Source of the DNA: an uncultured Acidobacteriota bacterium
GTDB lineage: Bacteria; Acidobacteriota; UBA6911
Length of the DNA stretch: 64,000 nucleotides
NCBI GenBank assembly: GCA_963827655.1
Contig: CAWHCF010000025.1
Coordinates: forward strand, 1-64,000
Reading direction: 5' to 3'
Below, piece by piece: positions 13,088 through 23,162 of this stretch. The translations under genes were made by a program, and so were the position numbers. Numbering within the stretch: position 1 is the first letter of the stretch; each line of letters opens with the position of its first letter. Below the pieces are notes generated by a model. That model ran no database searches and had not been told where the DNA came from. It worked only from the letters and a program-made list of their open reading frames with translations.

Positions 13088-13301
13088 GCTGCCTTTCTTT
13101 CTTCTCATCCCACTCGTAACGTACGCCGCGCCCAGTGTTACACGTGTCTTCGCAGGACGCCAGGAGGTACCACGAAGGCGCCAAGACACCAGGAATCGCG
13201 TGGATTGCCGCGTCCTGGTTTTATGTTAGCCTGGCCTTCCGGCGCAAGGTAAAATCAGGATTTAAGAATCAGGATTCAGGATTCAATTTGGCCATCCTGA
13301 A

Positions 13302-13412
13302 TTCGTGATCCGAACCAAACATCGCCGTCGCCCGTGGGAAGTGATCGTCGAACCAAATCCGTTAGAACGAAGGCTGATCGTCGTGACTGCCTATCCGGTA
13401 TATGGAGACTGA
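13302..13412 (+). pseudogene. 3' remnant of a DUF4258-like putative toxin gene
   Basis: Frame reads FVIRTKHRRRPWEVIVEPNPLERRLIVVTAYPVYGD*, with the typical VVTAY end. It overlaps the DUF2283 start; the 5' part is replaced by a short-repeat tract. Confidence 0.55.
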
Positions 13413-13683
13413 ATTGAAGGCTCGCTATTTGCAGGTCACCTTTCGCAGCGGCAAGCCAATGGCTGCTTATTTATATCTCCCTAGAGATCCCGGCGAGAGG
13501 AGTCGGAAGACGCAGAAGGCCGGAAAGGGAATCTTGATTGACTATGGAAGGGCTGGCCGGCCGATCGGTATTGAGATAACGGCTCCAGGTCACATTACCT
13601 TGAATGACCTCAATGAAGTGCTTGCCCGGTTAAACGTCCGGCCGGTCACTGCTAAGGAATTGTCTCCGCTGGTAGCTGCATGA
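13402..13683 (+). CDS. DUF2283-family protein (putative antitoxin)
   Basis: AAYLYL..GILIDYGRAGRPIGIEI motif. Confidence 0.75.
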   Translation: METELKARYLQVTFRSGKPMAAYLYLPRDPGERSRKTQKAGKGILIDYGRAGRPIGIEITAPGHITLNDLNEVLARLNVRPVTAKELSPLVAA

Positions 13684-13699
13684 CACGGAGGTAAGCAGC

Positions 13700-15310
13700 G
13701 TGTCCGGAGCTTCGCTGGTACTCAAGGGAGGTGTGGTCATTGACGGCACGGGAAGCCCGCGCTTCCCCGCCGATGTGGCGGTCGACGGCAACCGGATCGC
13801 CGCAATCGGCAAGTCGTTGGACGGCCGGCAAGAGATCGACTGCGCGGGTTTGATTGTCGCCCCCGGGTTCATCGATACCCACAGCCATTCCGATCTTCGG
13901 GTGCTTGCGGAACCGCAACTTCCGATGAAAGTGAGGCAGGGAATCACCCTGGAAGTGTTCGGGCAGGATGGAATATCCGTGGCGCCGATCCGGGCGGCGG
14001 ACCGTTCGCAGGTTGCCCGGCAGCTGGCAGGTCTTCTGGGCGATCTCGGGCGCGAATGGGACTGGGAATCGGTGGAAGAATACCTCGCCGCAGTCGAACG
14101 GGCTGGTCCGGCGCTCGACTGTGCTTACCTGGTTCCGCATGGAGCCGTGCGCTTGCAAGCTATGGGCATGGAGGACCGCCGGGCGAAACCCGCTGAAATT
14201 GCGAGTATGCAGGATTCGATCCGCCAGGCGCTGCGCCAGGGGGCGCTCGGCCTTTCCACCGGCCTGATCTATCCCCCCTGTTGTTATGCGGATACCGCTG
14301 AGCTTATCGATCTCTGCCGGGTAGTTGCGGATTTCGACCGGATCTTCGTCGCTCACGTGCGCAGCGAGAGCGACCACCTCGAGGAGGCCATTGCCGAAAT
14401 GATCGAGATCGGCAGGCGCTCGGGGGCCCGGGTTCACATTTCGCACTTTAAAGCCTCGGGCCGCGGGAACTGGCCCAAAATCGACCGCGTGCTCGCTATG
14501 GTACGCGAGGCGCGCAACCAGGGGATGCGGCTTACTGCGGACCAGTATCCCTACGTGGCAGGCTCCACGGTGCTAGGGGCTGTTCTTCCTCCTTGGGCGC
14601 ACGCGGGCGGAGTGGACGAAACCCTGGCGCGCCTGCGCAGCCCGGGCGAGCGAAGCCGCCTCCGGGCCGAGATCCTGGGCCAGAAGCCTTCAAATTGGGA
14701 AAACTTCTGGACCTGGTCTGGAGGGGAGGGCATCGTAATTTCCGATATTCCTTCCGGACGCCACCCGGAATACATTGGCAAGAACGTTGCGCAAGCCGCG
14801 AGCCTGCGCGCGGGAGCTACCGACGGTGTCAACCAGGAAACCGCAGTCGAGTTTGTACTGGACTTGCTGGCCGAGGAGCGCATGGGTGTCGGGATAATCT
14901 CGTTCAGCCAATCCGAAGATGTCGTGCAGAAAATCATGCGCGAGCCCTACGTCAACGTCTGCACCGACGGCCTGCTCGGCGGAAGACCGCACCCTCGCGC
15001 TTACGGCACCTACCCGCGCATTCTGGGCCGCTACGTCCGGGAGCGGGGGCTCCTCGCGCTGGAGGAGGCGGTTCATAAAATGACGGATCTTGCCGCCCAG
15101 GCATTCCAGCTCGAAGACTACGGCCGGATTGCGGTCGATGCCCGCGCCAACCTGGTTGTGTTTGACGAAGAGCTGGTTTCCGACCAGGCGACGTTCGACG
15201 ATCCCAGGCAGTATCCGAAAGGCATCGAATACGTGATCGTCGAGGGAGTGGCCACGATCCAGAAAGATGTCCAGCGCGGGCACGGCAGCGGCATCGGGGT
15301 CAGATCTTGA
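13700..15310 (+). CDS. N-acyl-D-amino-acid deacylase (D-aminoacylase)
   Basis: APGFIDTHSHSD, GLSTGLIYPP, HISHFK and PHPRAYGTYPRILGRYVRE. Confidence 0.93.
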   Translation: MSGASLVLKGGVVIDGTGSPRFPADVAVDGNRIAAIGKSLDGRQEIDCAGLIVAPGFIDTHSHSDLRVLAEPQLPMKVRQGITLEVFGQDGISVAPIRAADRSQVARQLAGLLGDLGREWDWESVEEYLAAVERAGPALDCAYLVPHGAVRLQAMGMEDRRAKPAEIASMQDSIRQALRQGALGLSTGLIYPPCCYADTAELIDLCRVVADFDRIFVAHVRSESDHLEEAIAEMIEIGRRSGARVHISHFKASGRGNWPKIDRVLAMVREARNQGMRLTADQYPYVAGSTVLGAVLPPWAHAGGVDETLARLRSPGERSRLRAEILGQKPSNWENFWTWSGGEGIVISDIPSGRHPEYIGKNVAQAASLRAGATDGVNQETAVEFVLDLLAEERMGVGIISFSQSEDVVQKIMREPYVNVCTDGLLGGRPHPRAYGTYPRILGRYVRERGLLALEEAVHKMTDLAAQAFQLEDYGRIAVDARANLVVFDEELVSDQATFDDPRQYPKGIEYVIVEGVATIQKDVQRGHGSGIGVRS

Positions 15311-16716
15311 GTATTTCATCCTGGCTTTGCAGTTTTTTGCTGTCTTTCTTGCTCGCGGCGCAGGATCGCTACGAGCCTATTCTGGCCCGGATCAGGGCGG
15401 GCGACGCGGCTTCGGCTGAAAACGAGCTCAAGAGCATCATCAATGGATCGCCAGGAGACGCATGGGCCCGTTTTTACCTCGGAACCCTTTACGCTACCCG
15501 GCACGATTACTTGCCCGCCATTACCGAGTACCGCGAAGCGGCGCGGCTTGAACCCGAAATCGCGCGCTTCCACCTCGCCCTGGGATACGCCTATCGGGAC
15601 ATCGCTCATTACGACCAGGCGATTCAAGCCTTGCGAACCGCCATTGTCCGGGAGCCTGGGAATGCGGAAGCCCGCTTTGTTCTCGGAGCTATTTATCGCC
15701 TCCAGGAGAAGGACGAAAGCGCAAGGAAGGAGATAGAAAGCGGGTTGCAAATCGAACCGCACAACGTCGCAGCCCGGCTGATGCTGGGCGACATCTACCT
15801 GACCTCAGGGAACGCAAAGGCAGGCGAGTTCTATGCCGAGGTCGCGCGGCGCGAGCCGAAGAATGCTCATGCCCACCTCGGGCTGGCGTCCACTTACGCC
15901 TTGAACCCCGATACGTACAACAAGGCCGTGGAACATCTGCTGCTCATCCTGACATTCGAGCCGAAGAATTTCGAAGCTCGATCCCGGCTCGGGCAACTCT
16001 ACGGAAAGATGAATCGCAATCAGGAGGCGGTCGAGCAGCTGCGCGTGGCAATCGCCCTGAATCCCGAATCGGCGGCTACTCATCTCGCTCTGGGCAATCT
16101 GCTGCTGAAGACCGGAATGCGCGCGGAAGGAGAGCGGCTGCTGGCGCAGTTCAAGGATCTCACCGCTCGACAGCAGGCACAAAAGGGTGCCGCGCACCGA
16201 GCCGACGATCTCTTGCGTCAGGGGAAGGAACTGGCCTGGCAGAACAAACTGCGGGACGCGATCGCAACCTTCAATCAGGTGCTGGAAATCGATCCCGATT
16301 CGTCGGCCGCCCACTCCATGCTGGCCAAAGTCTACCTTTCGATGAGAGACGTGCCGCGCGCCCGGAAACACATCACGCGCGCGCTCGAACTGGAGCAATA
16401 CAACGGCGAGTACCATTATCTTCTCGGCCTGGTGTTAAAGGAGGAAAAGCGCTATTCGGATGCGATACTTGAAATCCGCCAGGCACTGGCTTCCCGATCG
16501 GACTTTGCCGATGCGCACAACGTGCTGGGCAACATATATGTCGAACTTGGCCGTTACCCGGACGCGGTGAGTCATTATCAGAAGGCGATCGAGCTCGAGC
16601 CGGACGAGCCTGAGCCCCATCTGAACCTGGCCAGCGCGTACAAGCGGGTGGGCAGGATCGAGGAAAGCGAAAAGGAACTCGCGATTTTCCGTAAGCTTGC
16701 CGCGGGAAATAAATGA
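15307..16716 (+). CDS. Exported tetratricopeptide-repeat protein
   Basis: Many TPR units (e.g. AHNVLGNIYVELGRYPDAVSHYQKAIELEP); signal peptide. Confidence 0.9.
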   Translation: MSISSWLCSFLLSFLLAAQDRYEPILARIRAGDAASAENELKSIINGSPGDAWARFYLGTLYATRHDYLPAITEYREAARLEPEIARFHLALGYAYRDIAHYDQAIQALRTAIVREPGNAEARFVLGAIYRLQEKDESARKEIESGLQIEPHNVAARLMLGDIYLTSGNAKAGEFYAEVARREPKNAHAHLGLASTYALNPDTYNKAVEHLLLILTFEPKNFEARSRLGQLYGKMNRNQEAVEQLRVAIALNPESAATHLALGNLLLKTGMRAEGERLLAQFKDLTARQQAQKGAAHRADDLLRQGKELAWQNKLRDAIATFNQVLEIDPDSSAAHSMLAKVYLSMRDVPRARKHITRALELEQYNGEYHYLLGLVLKEEKRYSDAILEIRQALASRSDFADAHNVLGNIYVELGRYPDAVSHYQKAIELEPDEPEPHLNLASAYKRVGRIEESEKELAIFRKLAAGNK

Positions 16717-18404
16717 ATCTCCGCGAGGACTCGAAGACGCGAAGAAACTCGAAGTCTGTCGGCGGCGGAATCCTCATGCTCTTCGCCGTGATGAGCGAAG
16801 CGCCCCCGCAATTTGTCGATGCAACCGCGGCCGCCGGAATCGACTTTGTGCACACAACCGGGGCGAGCGGGCAAAAGTATATGATCGAAACCATGGGCGC
16901 CGGCGCGGCATTCATCGATTACGATTCCGACGGCGATCTGGATATTTTCATTGTCGATTCGAATACTCTTCCCGGTTACAAGTCCGACAAAACACCCTCT
17001 CATAGGCTGTATCGAAACAACGGCGATGGCACCTTCAGCGACTCGACTCAGAAGGCAGGGGTGAGCGGTTCGGGTTATGGCATGGGAGTTGCCGTGGGCG
17101 ACTATGACAACGACGGCTGGGACGACATCTACGTTACTAACTGGGGCCCCGGTATTCTCTACCGGAATAATGGGAACGGCACCTTCCGCGATGTGACCAA
17201 ACCTTCGGGCGTCGGAGCCGGGGGCTGGGGGACCAGCTGCGCCTTTGCCGACTACGACGCCGACGGCGACCTGGACCTTTTCATCGGCAACTATGTCGAT
17301 TTCAAGCTGGAACGGAACAAGAGGTGCGGCCGGGAGCGCCCAGGAGAGCGGGCATACTGCACGCCGGAAGTCTATGACGGCACCCCGAGCCTCCTCTACC
17401 GGAACAACGGAAATGGCACTTTCAGCGACGTGACCCGGCAGGCCGGTATCGACAACCCAAAAGGAAAAGCGCTCGGCGTGGTCTGGGGCGATTACAACAA
17501 CGATGGCCGCATCGATCTGCTGGTCGCTAACGACACCGAGCCCAACTTTCTTTACCGGAATAACGGCGATGGCACCTTCACCGACGTGGCGCTTGTTGCC
17601 GGCGTCGCCTATGGCGAGAACGGAAAGGCGCTCTCCGGCATGGGAGTGGATTTCGGCGACTACGACCGTGATGGATTCCTGGACATCTTCGTTACCAACC
17701 TGGACTTTCAGTACAATTCCTTCTTTCGTAACAACGGCCGTCAGGCTGACGGCGAGTATTCCGGCACTTTCGACAGCGTGATCACCCAGACGCGAACCGG
17801 TCCGCCCAGCTGGCTCCAGAGCGGATTCGGCGCCGGCTTTTACGATTTCGATAACGACGGCTGGCTCGACATCTTTGTCGCCAACGGTCACGTGATCGAC
17901 AACATTCACCTTTATCGCGAGGATGTCACCTACGCCGAACGCAAATTACTTTTCCTCAACCTGGGAGATGGTAGCTTCGTCGAGATGGCGGCGAAGTGCG
18001 GCAAGGCGCTTCTGGTGCCCGAGGTCAGCCGTGGCGCCGCTTTCGGCGACTACGATAACGACGGGGATATCGATGTCTTCGTTACCAACAACGGTTCGCG
18101 CGCAACCCTCTTGCGCAATGACGGTGGTAATCGCAACCATTGGATTACCATCAAAACGGTTGGAACAAAATCCAACCGCAATGGCATCGGAGCGAGGATC
18201 ACGCTTTTCGCGGGCGGGGTGAAGCAGATGAAGGAAGTCAAGAACAGCGGCAGTTACTGCAGCGCCGGCGACCTGCGGGTGCATTTCGGTCTCGGCAAGA
18301 CGGAGAAGGTGGACTCGCTGGAGATTCGCTGGCCGAGCGGAATCGTCCAGAAGCTGGCGAATGTCAAAGCCAATCAGTTCCTGACCGTCCGGGAAGGCGC
18401 TTAG
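16713..18404 (+). CDS. CRTAC1-family FG-GAP/VCBS repeat protein with ASPIC-UnbV domain
   Basis: Repeated DYDNDGxxDI and [10 protein letters not shown]; C-terminal [21 protein letters not shown]. Confidence 0.92.
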   Translation: MNLREDSKTRRNSKSVGGGILMLFAVMSEAPPQFVDATAAAGIDFVHTTGASGQKYMIETMGAGAAFIDYDSDGDLDIFIVDSNTLPGYKSDKTPSHRLYRNNGDGTFSDSTQKAGVSGSGYGMGVAVGDYDNDGWDDIYVTNWGPGILYRNNGNGTFRDVTKPSGVGAGGWGTSCAFADYDADGDLDLFIGNYVDFKLERNKRCGRERPGERAYCTPEVYDGTPSLLYRNNGNGTFSDVTRQAGIDNPKGKALGVVWGDYNNDGRIDLLVANDTEPNFLYRNNGDGTFTDVALVAGVAYGENGKALSGMGVDFGDYDRDGFLDIFVTNLDFQYNSFFRNNGRQADGEYSGTFDSVITQTRTGPPSWLQSGFGAGFYDFDNDGWLDIFVANGHVIDNIHLYREDVTYAERKLLFLNLGDGSFVEMAAKCGKALLVPEVSRGAAFGDYDNDGDIDVFVTNNGSRATLLRNDGGNRNHWITIKTVGTKSNRNGIGARITLFAGGVKQMKEVKNSGSYCSAGDLRVHFGLGKTEKVDSLEIRWPSGIVQKLANVKANQFLTVREGA

Positions 18405-18451
18405 TCAAACCACAAAGACGCAAAGTCACAAGGGAACGCGAAGACAACAGC

Positions 18452-20212
18452 ATGCTCAAAACACACAACTGCGGTGAATTGCGGCTTTCCCACGCGGGCC
18501 AAAAGGTCGTCCTGGCCGGCTGGCTTCATAAGCGCCGGGATCACGGAGGATTGATCTTCCTGGATCTGCGTGACCGATCCGGCCTGGTGCAGGTGACGGT
18601 TGAACCGGCAACGGGTGACGCGCACGCTGTAGCCGAAAAAGCCCGCAGCGAATTCGTCCTTAAAATCGAAGGGAATATACGGCCGCGGCCTGAAGCGCTC
18701 ATCAATCCCAACCTCGCGACCGGGGAGATCGAAGTTGTGGCGCAATCGATTGAAATCCTCAATCCGGCGAAGGCGCCCCCCATACCGATAGACGACGAAG
18801 GGTACAAGACCGAGGAGAGCCAGCGGCTGAAGTATCGTTACCTCGACCTGCGGCGTTCTCGCCTGCAAAACAATCTGATGCTGCGTCACAAAACGATCAA
18901 GTTCATCAGGGATTATCTCGACCAGCGCGGGTTCATCGAAATCGAGACTCCAATGATGATCAAGTCCACACCCGAGGGCGCGCGCGACTACGTCGTTCCC
19001 AGCCGGCTTCAGCAGGGCAAATTCTTTGCTCTCCCTCAGAGCCCTCAGCAGCTCAAGCAGCTCTTGATGGTGGCGGGCTATGAGCGATATTTTCAAATTG
19101 CCCGCTGCATGCGCGACGAAGACTTGCGTGGCGACCGTCAACCGGAATTCACGCAGCTCGACCTCGAAATGTCGTTCGTCGAAAGAGAAGACGTGCTGGC
19201 GCTGGTCGAAGGCCTGGTTACGGAGCTCATACCGGCAGTAACGCCGCACAAGCGCATCTTTACCCCTTTTCCCAAGCTCTCTTATTCCGAATCAATGGCG
19301 CGTTTTGGAACGGACAAGCCCGACCTGCGCTTCGGCATCGAGATCGTCGATGCGACGGATGCGCTTCGGGAATCGCAGCTCAAGGCGTTTTCCGACGCGC
19401 TCGCCCGCGGAGGGGTCGTCAAAGCCCTAGCGGCGCCCGGATGCGCCGGCTATTCGCGCAGGGAAATCGATATTCTCACGGAGGTGGTGAAGGCGGCGGG
19501 AGCGAGAGGCATGGCTACACTGGCCTGGGCCGCCGAGGGAGTGAAAGGGAGCGCGGCAAAATTCCTGAACGAAACCGAGATCAACGAGGTTCGCCGGCGG
19601 TTCGAAGCCAGGGAAGGTGACTTGATCTGCCTGGTCGCCGACAAAGATCCCGTTGCGCTCAAAGCCCTGGGAAACCTGCGGCTCTGGTTTCGCGATCGTC
19701 TTGCCCTCGCGCCGCCGGATCTTCTGGCTTTTGCATGGATCATCGACTTTCCCATGTTCGAGTGGGACGAGCAGGCGCAGCGCTGGAGCTTCGCCCACCA
19801 CCCTTTTACCATGCCGAGAGAAGAACATCTCGACCGCCTCGAGACCGATCCTGGCTCCGTGTTGAGCAACGCTTATGACCTGGTGTGTAATGGCTATGAA
19901 TTGTCGAGCGGAAGCATCCGAATTCACCGCCGTGACGTGCAGTCGATGATATTCAAGAGTCTGGGCTACAGCGAAGAAGATGCCTATCGCCGCTTCGGGC
20001 ATATGCTGGATGCCTTTGAATTCGGGGCTCCGCCGCACGGCGGGATGGCTCCGGGGATCGATCGATTGGTCATGCTCCTCGCCGACGAGCCCAACATTCG
20101 CGAGGTGATTGCGTTCCCGAAGACGGCGAACGCCAGCGATCTCATGTTCGACGCGCCTTCGCCCCTGGATCCGGCTCACCTGCGCGAGCTGCACCTGAAA
20201 ATCGTCGAATAA
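18452..20212 (+). CDS. aspS: Aspartate-tRNA ligase (RRDHG suggests the non-discriminating Asp/Asn type)
   Basis: [48 protein letters not shown] and [12 protein letters not shown]; ATG at 18452. Confidence 0.97.
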   Translation: MLKTHNCGELRLSHAGQKVVLAGWLHKRRDHGGLIFLDLRDRSGLVQVTVEPATGDAHAVAEKARSEFVLKIEGNIRPRPEALINPNLATGEIEVVAQSIEILNPAKAPPIPIDDEGYKTEESQRLKYRYLDLRRSRLQNNLMLRHKTIKFIRDYLDQRGFIEIETPMMIKSTPEGARDYVVPSRLQQGKFFALPQSPQQLKQLLMVAGYERYFQIARCMRDEDLRGDRQPEFTQLDLEMSFVEREDVLALVEGLVTELIPAVTPHKRIFTPFPKLSYSESMARFGTDKPDLRFGIEIVDATDALRESQLKAFSDALARGGVVKALAAPGCAGYSRREIDILTEVVKAAGARGMATLAWAAEGVKGSAAKFLNETEINEVRRRFEAREGDLICLVADKDPVALKALGNLRLWFRDRLALAPPDLLAFAWIIDFPMFEWDEQAQRWSFAHHPFTMPREEHLDRLETDPGSVLSNAYDLVCNGYELSSGSIRIHRRDVQSMIFKSLGYSEEDAYRRFGHMLDAFEFGAPPHGGMAPGIDRLVMLLADEPNIREVIAFPKTANASDLMFDAPSPLDPAHLRELHLKIVE

Positions 20213-20541
20213 ATCCCTCGCTCTGGCTTGGATGACAAATGACAAATGACCAATCGAGACAGGAATTCGAAAGAGACTGGAGCGCGAAGCGGTGGCCGGA
20301 GTTGCAAGCTGTCGTCGGGGATGATCTGGAGAGACCTTGAGCCGTGCACAAGCTCATCCTGGGTGGCTATCGCCGCTCGACGCTGACTGACGCGATCCGA
20401 TTGCAGAGAGTCTCTCGACAAGAGCGGTTCGGCGTACCGAGGTTTACGTGGTTGAACGCGTCAAAGAATTCGAACGCAAGATTGTCCTTCTGATGAAACG
20501 AAGAAGTTGACCACACCACTCTTCAGTGTAAGGATACCGCG

Positions 20542-20901
20542 ATGCGAATGGCATTCCTCCTGCTGATTGTGCAGTCGCTCTGGATGGTGGCGCCGGTGTG
20601 TGGAAGTGTTACCGACGTCGACGCCCGCGCCTGCTGCGAGCGCCACAGTCCGTGTGACGAAGCGGACGGGAACGATCCCCAGCCTGCTGATCCGTGGAAG
20701 TGCTGCGAGAAGGGGGATCATGCCTACCCGAGCACGCTCTTGCGATTTTTGACGGCTCCGGAGCTCGGGGTGGCATCGGCAGTCGTGCTTGAGGAGCCGG
20801 CGCAGCCCATCGCGCCCGCATCGTGCGTGCTCGACCCGGTTTTCCCTTTGAAGATGCCCATCATCCCACTTTATCTCCTCGACTCGAATTACCGGATCTG
20901 A
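20542..20901 (+). CDS. Cys/His-rich leader-type protein upstream of a metal/redox operon
   Basis: N-terminal hydrophobic helix, C..CC..C..CC and Pro-rich tail PIIPLYLLDSNYRI. No SD sequence; TTGACC and a -10-like AAGGAT just upstream suggest a leaderless transcript. Confidence 0.6.
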   Translation: MRMAFLLLIVQSLWMVAPVCGSVTDVDARACCERHSPCDEADGNDPQPADPWKCCEKGDHAYPSTLLRFLTAPELGVASAVVLEEPAQPIAPASCVLDPVFPLKMPIIPLYLLDSNYRI

Positions 20902-20966
20902 TCGCCGCGCTGTACCCGCCGTTCCTTTTCCCCTTTCGTCAACAGCGAAACCTGCGAGGTGATTTC

Positions 20967-21908
20967 ATGCGCAGGAATGTTCTCCTTCTGCTCGCATCCT
21001 TCTGGCCGCTGACCCTGGCAGCCGTTGGCCACGCGCAGGGACCGAGCCCGGAAAATGGCGCGACACTCTTTCCCGGCGGCGCCCTCGTGTCGCACAGCTC
21101 GAACTTCACGATGGGAACCGCGATAGCGCCGCCCGGCGGGACCAGTCCACTCGAGGGCGCCCGGCCGACGTCTGCATACGAGGGGACGGCGACATTTGCC
21201 TGGGGCTTCCGGCGTGACTTTCAGCTGACCGCACTCGCGCCCTATGCTGTGCACCGCTTCGAGCTATCCCAGCCGACCAGCGCGCTCGAGGTTGGCGGCT
21301 CCGGCTGGGGGGATGCGCAGCTGCTTCTGAAATACCGTTTCCTGAGGCGCGATTCGCCGCGAGGGACGACACAGGCTTCGATCGAGGTCGGCCCCAAGCT
21401 CCCGACGGGCCGCACGGACCTTAGGGACTCCGCCGGTGCACTTCTCCCGGCCGGTTTGCAGCCGGGATCGGGATCAACCGATCTCGTCATAAACGGAAGC
21501 GGCACCTATACCGGTGTCTTCCATATCAAGCGCCTGGTTGCCGACGGAACCGTCAGCTGGCTGCGCCGCTCTGAAGGGACCCAGGGCACGCGCCTGGGAG
21601 ACGCGTTTCTCGCGCGCTTCTGGCTGTCCTACCGTCCCTACCAGTCGAAGTCGGTCGGGAGGGAGTGGTTCATCGGCCCGTCGCTCGCGTGGCGCCGCCT
21701 GGGGCGCGACCGCCAGAACGACGCCTCGATCGAGCGCAGCGGCGGCGACCTGCTGCTCGCGGGCATTACCAGTTACGTGAGCCCACATGCCGGCATCGTG
21801 TTCTGGCTTGCCCTCGACTTCCCCGTCGGGGAGTGGACGCAGTCGGCCGTGAGCTTCGATCGCCGTGTCAATTTCGGGATAACCAAGCAGTTCTCACTGC
21901 ACCACTGA
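20967..21908 (+). CDS. Outer-membrane beta-barrel 'transporter' family protein (MetA-pathway/phenol-degradation-like)
   Basis: GAGGTG RBS and ATG at 20967; signal peptide; GWGDAQLLLKYRF, GPKLPTG and LQPGSGSTD motifs; terminal beta-strand. Confidence 0.75.
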   Translation: MRRNVLLLLASFWPLTLAAVGHAQGPSPENGATLFPGGALVSHSSNFTMGTAIAPPGGTSPLEGARPTSAYEGTATFAWGFRRDFQLTALAPYAVHRFELSQPTSALEVGGSGWGDAQLLLKYRFLRRDSPRGTTQASIEVGPKLPTGRTDLRDSAGALLPAGLQPGSGSTDLVINGSGTYTGVFHIKRLVADGTVSWLRRSEGTQGTRLGDAFLARFWLSYRPYQSKSVGREWFIGPSLAWRRLGRDRQNDASIERSGGDLLLAGITSYVSPHAGIVFWLALDFPVGEWTQSAVSFDRRVNFGITKQFSLHH

Positions 21909-21925
21909 CTCAGGGAGGATTCACT

Positions 21926-22454
21926 ATGAGACGCGGAGAATTTGCTTCTTTCGCTCGTCCTTGTCCTCACAACAGCCGCGCGCCTGGACGCTGGGATCGA
22001 CCGCATCGATCTCCGGGTCGAGGGAATGACGTGAAACTTCTGAGCGTACGGGGTGCAACAGCACCTAACGCGCCAGGCTGGCGTCGCTAAAGTAGATGTG
22101 GAATTGATCGACGGCAAGGTAACCGTCTATCCCAAACCGGATGCCCGGCTCGATCCCGCGCGTCTCCTGAAGGAGACCTTCGACAGCGGCGTGTCGGTTG
22201 CCGAAATGACAATGACCGCCGGCGGCTGGGTCGACATGGGTCCCGGCGGCGGTCTGGTGTTCAAGATTTCCGGCGATCAGGTCTTCCCGGTAATCTCGAA
22301 CGCTCTCGCGCTCGAGCTTCAATCGCTTGCTTCCGCGCCTGCGAAGGTTACGTTGCGCGGCGTTCTATACCGGAAGCCCGCGGGAAGAGCGAGAGCGAAG
22401 CCCAAGGAAGTTTCCCTGCAGCTTGAAGTGCTCGAGATTGTGAAGAAGGAATGA
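21926..22454 (+). CDS. Exported heavy-metal-associated (HMA) domain protein with UxxU motif, putative double selenoprotein
   Basis: Frame reads LLLSLVLVLTTAARLDAGIDRIDLRVEGMT[TGA]NF[TGA]AYGVQQHLTRQAGVAKVDVELIDGKVTV, with TGA at 22032 and 22041. ATG 21926 (after GGAGG) is one base out of frame, so either an indel or a start at TTG 21942. Confidence 0.8.
22044..22087 (+). promoter_or_regulatory. Candidate bacterial SECIS hairpin(s)
   Basis: GCGT-ACG-GGGTGC-AACA-GCACCT-A-ACGC (22044-22071) and CGCC-AGGCT-GGCG (22071-22083), directly 3' of the two UGA codons. Confidence 0.45.
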
Positions 22455-23122
22455 TTCCGATGGACCCGCGACACGCCACTCTGATTTCGTTTGTCGCTTG
22501 CGCCCTCGGGCTTCTGCAATCATCCATGTCCGGGGCGGTTCCCATGCAGGCAGCTGAACTCGCGCGCATTCCTGATTTCGCTCTCCGGGACACGCGAGGA
22601 CAGGTTGTCTCCAGGAAACAGTTTCGCGACAGGGTGCTGCTGATCAATTTCTGGGCTACCTGGTGCGGTCCTTGCCGCAAGGAGATGCCGGGTTATCAGA
22701 CGCTTCAGAAGAAATACGGCAGCCGACGCTTTGCGGTGATCGGCATCGCGCTCGATTCGGATTCCAGGAACGTGGAGAAGTTTGCCAGAGAACTCGGCAT
22801 AACCTACACGTTGCTCCTGGATCCTGCGCTCATGATGACAACTTCCGGTCAGAATGAGTGGGGATTGATGGGAATCCCGACCACGCTCCTCGTGGACAGG
22901 GATGGCACCATTCGAGAGAGAATCGTCGGCTTTGAGCGAACGGAGGTCGTCGAAAAGGCGCTCAAGCAACTGCTGGAGGCCCCGCGTGCTTCTCGAGACT
23001 TGCCGGATCAGAAAGAAATGGCGGTGTTGCATCGTCGGGGCAAGTTCGCGAAATTTTCGTGGCCGCTGCCGCGTACCCGTAATTGCGAACGCTTGTACTT
23101 CAGCGCGGCTGGTTCGTGGTAA
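22451..23122 (+). CDS. TlpA/ResA-family thiol-disulfide reductase
   Basis: LLINFWATWCGPCRKEMP and GIPTTLLVDRDG; ATGA overlap with the HMA gene. The C-terminal tail may be an indel read-through. Confidence 0.92.
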   Translation: MIPMDPRHATLISFVACALGLLQSSMSGAVPMQAAELARIPDFALRDTRGQVVSRKQFRDRVLLINFWATWCGPCRKEMPGYQTLQKKYGSRRFAVIGIALDSDSRNVEKFARELGITYTLLLDPALMMTTSGQNEWGLMGIPTTLLVDRDGTIRERIVGFERTEVVEKALKQLLEAPRASRDLPDQKEMAVLHRRGKFAKFSWPLPRTRNCERLYFSAAGSW

Positions 23123-23162
23123 TATGGGCCCAAACGTCCAAGTTTTCAATTCGAGGTGTCAA

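Noticed and set aside
18140-18451. N-terminal extension on AspS
   Set aside because: It overlaps the CRTAC1 gene and a repeat tract; the canonical start is ATG 18452.
22032-22043. Genome-wide UGA reassignment (code 4 or 25)
   Set aside because: Many genes here end in TGA (e.g. groES, the desaturase, the four-helix-bundle gene), Trp is encoded by TGG, and the two TGAs align with Cys positions.
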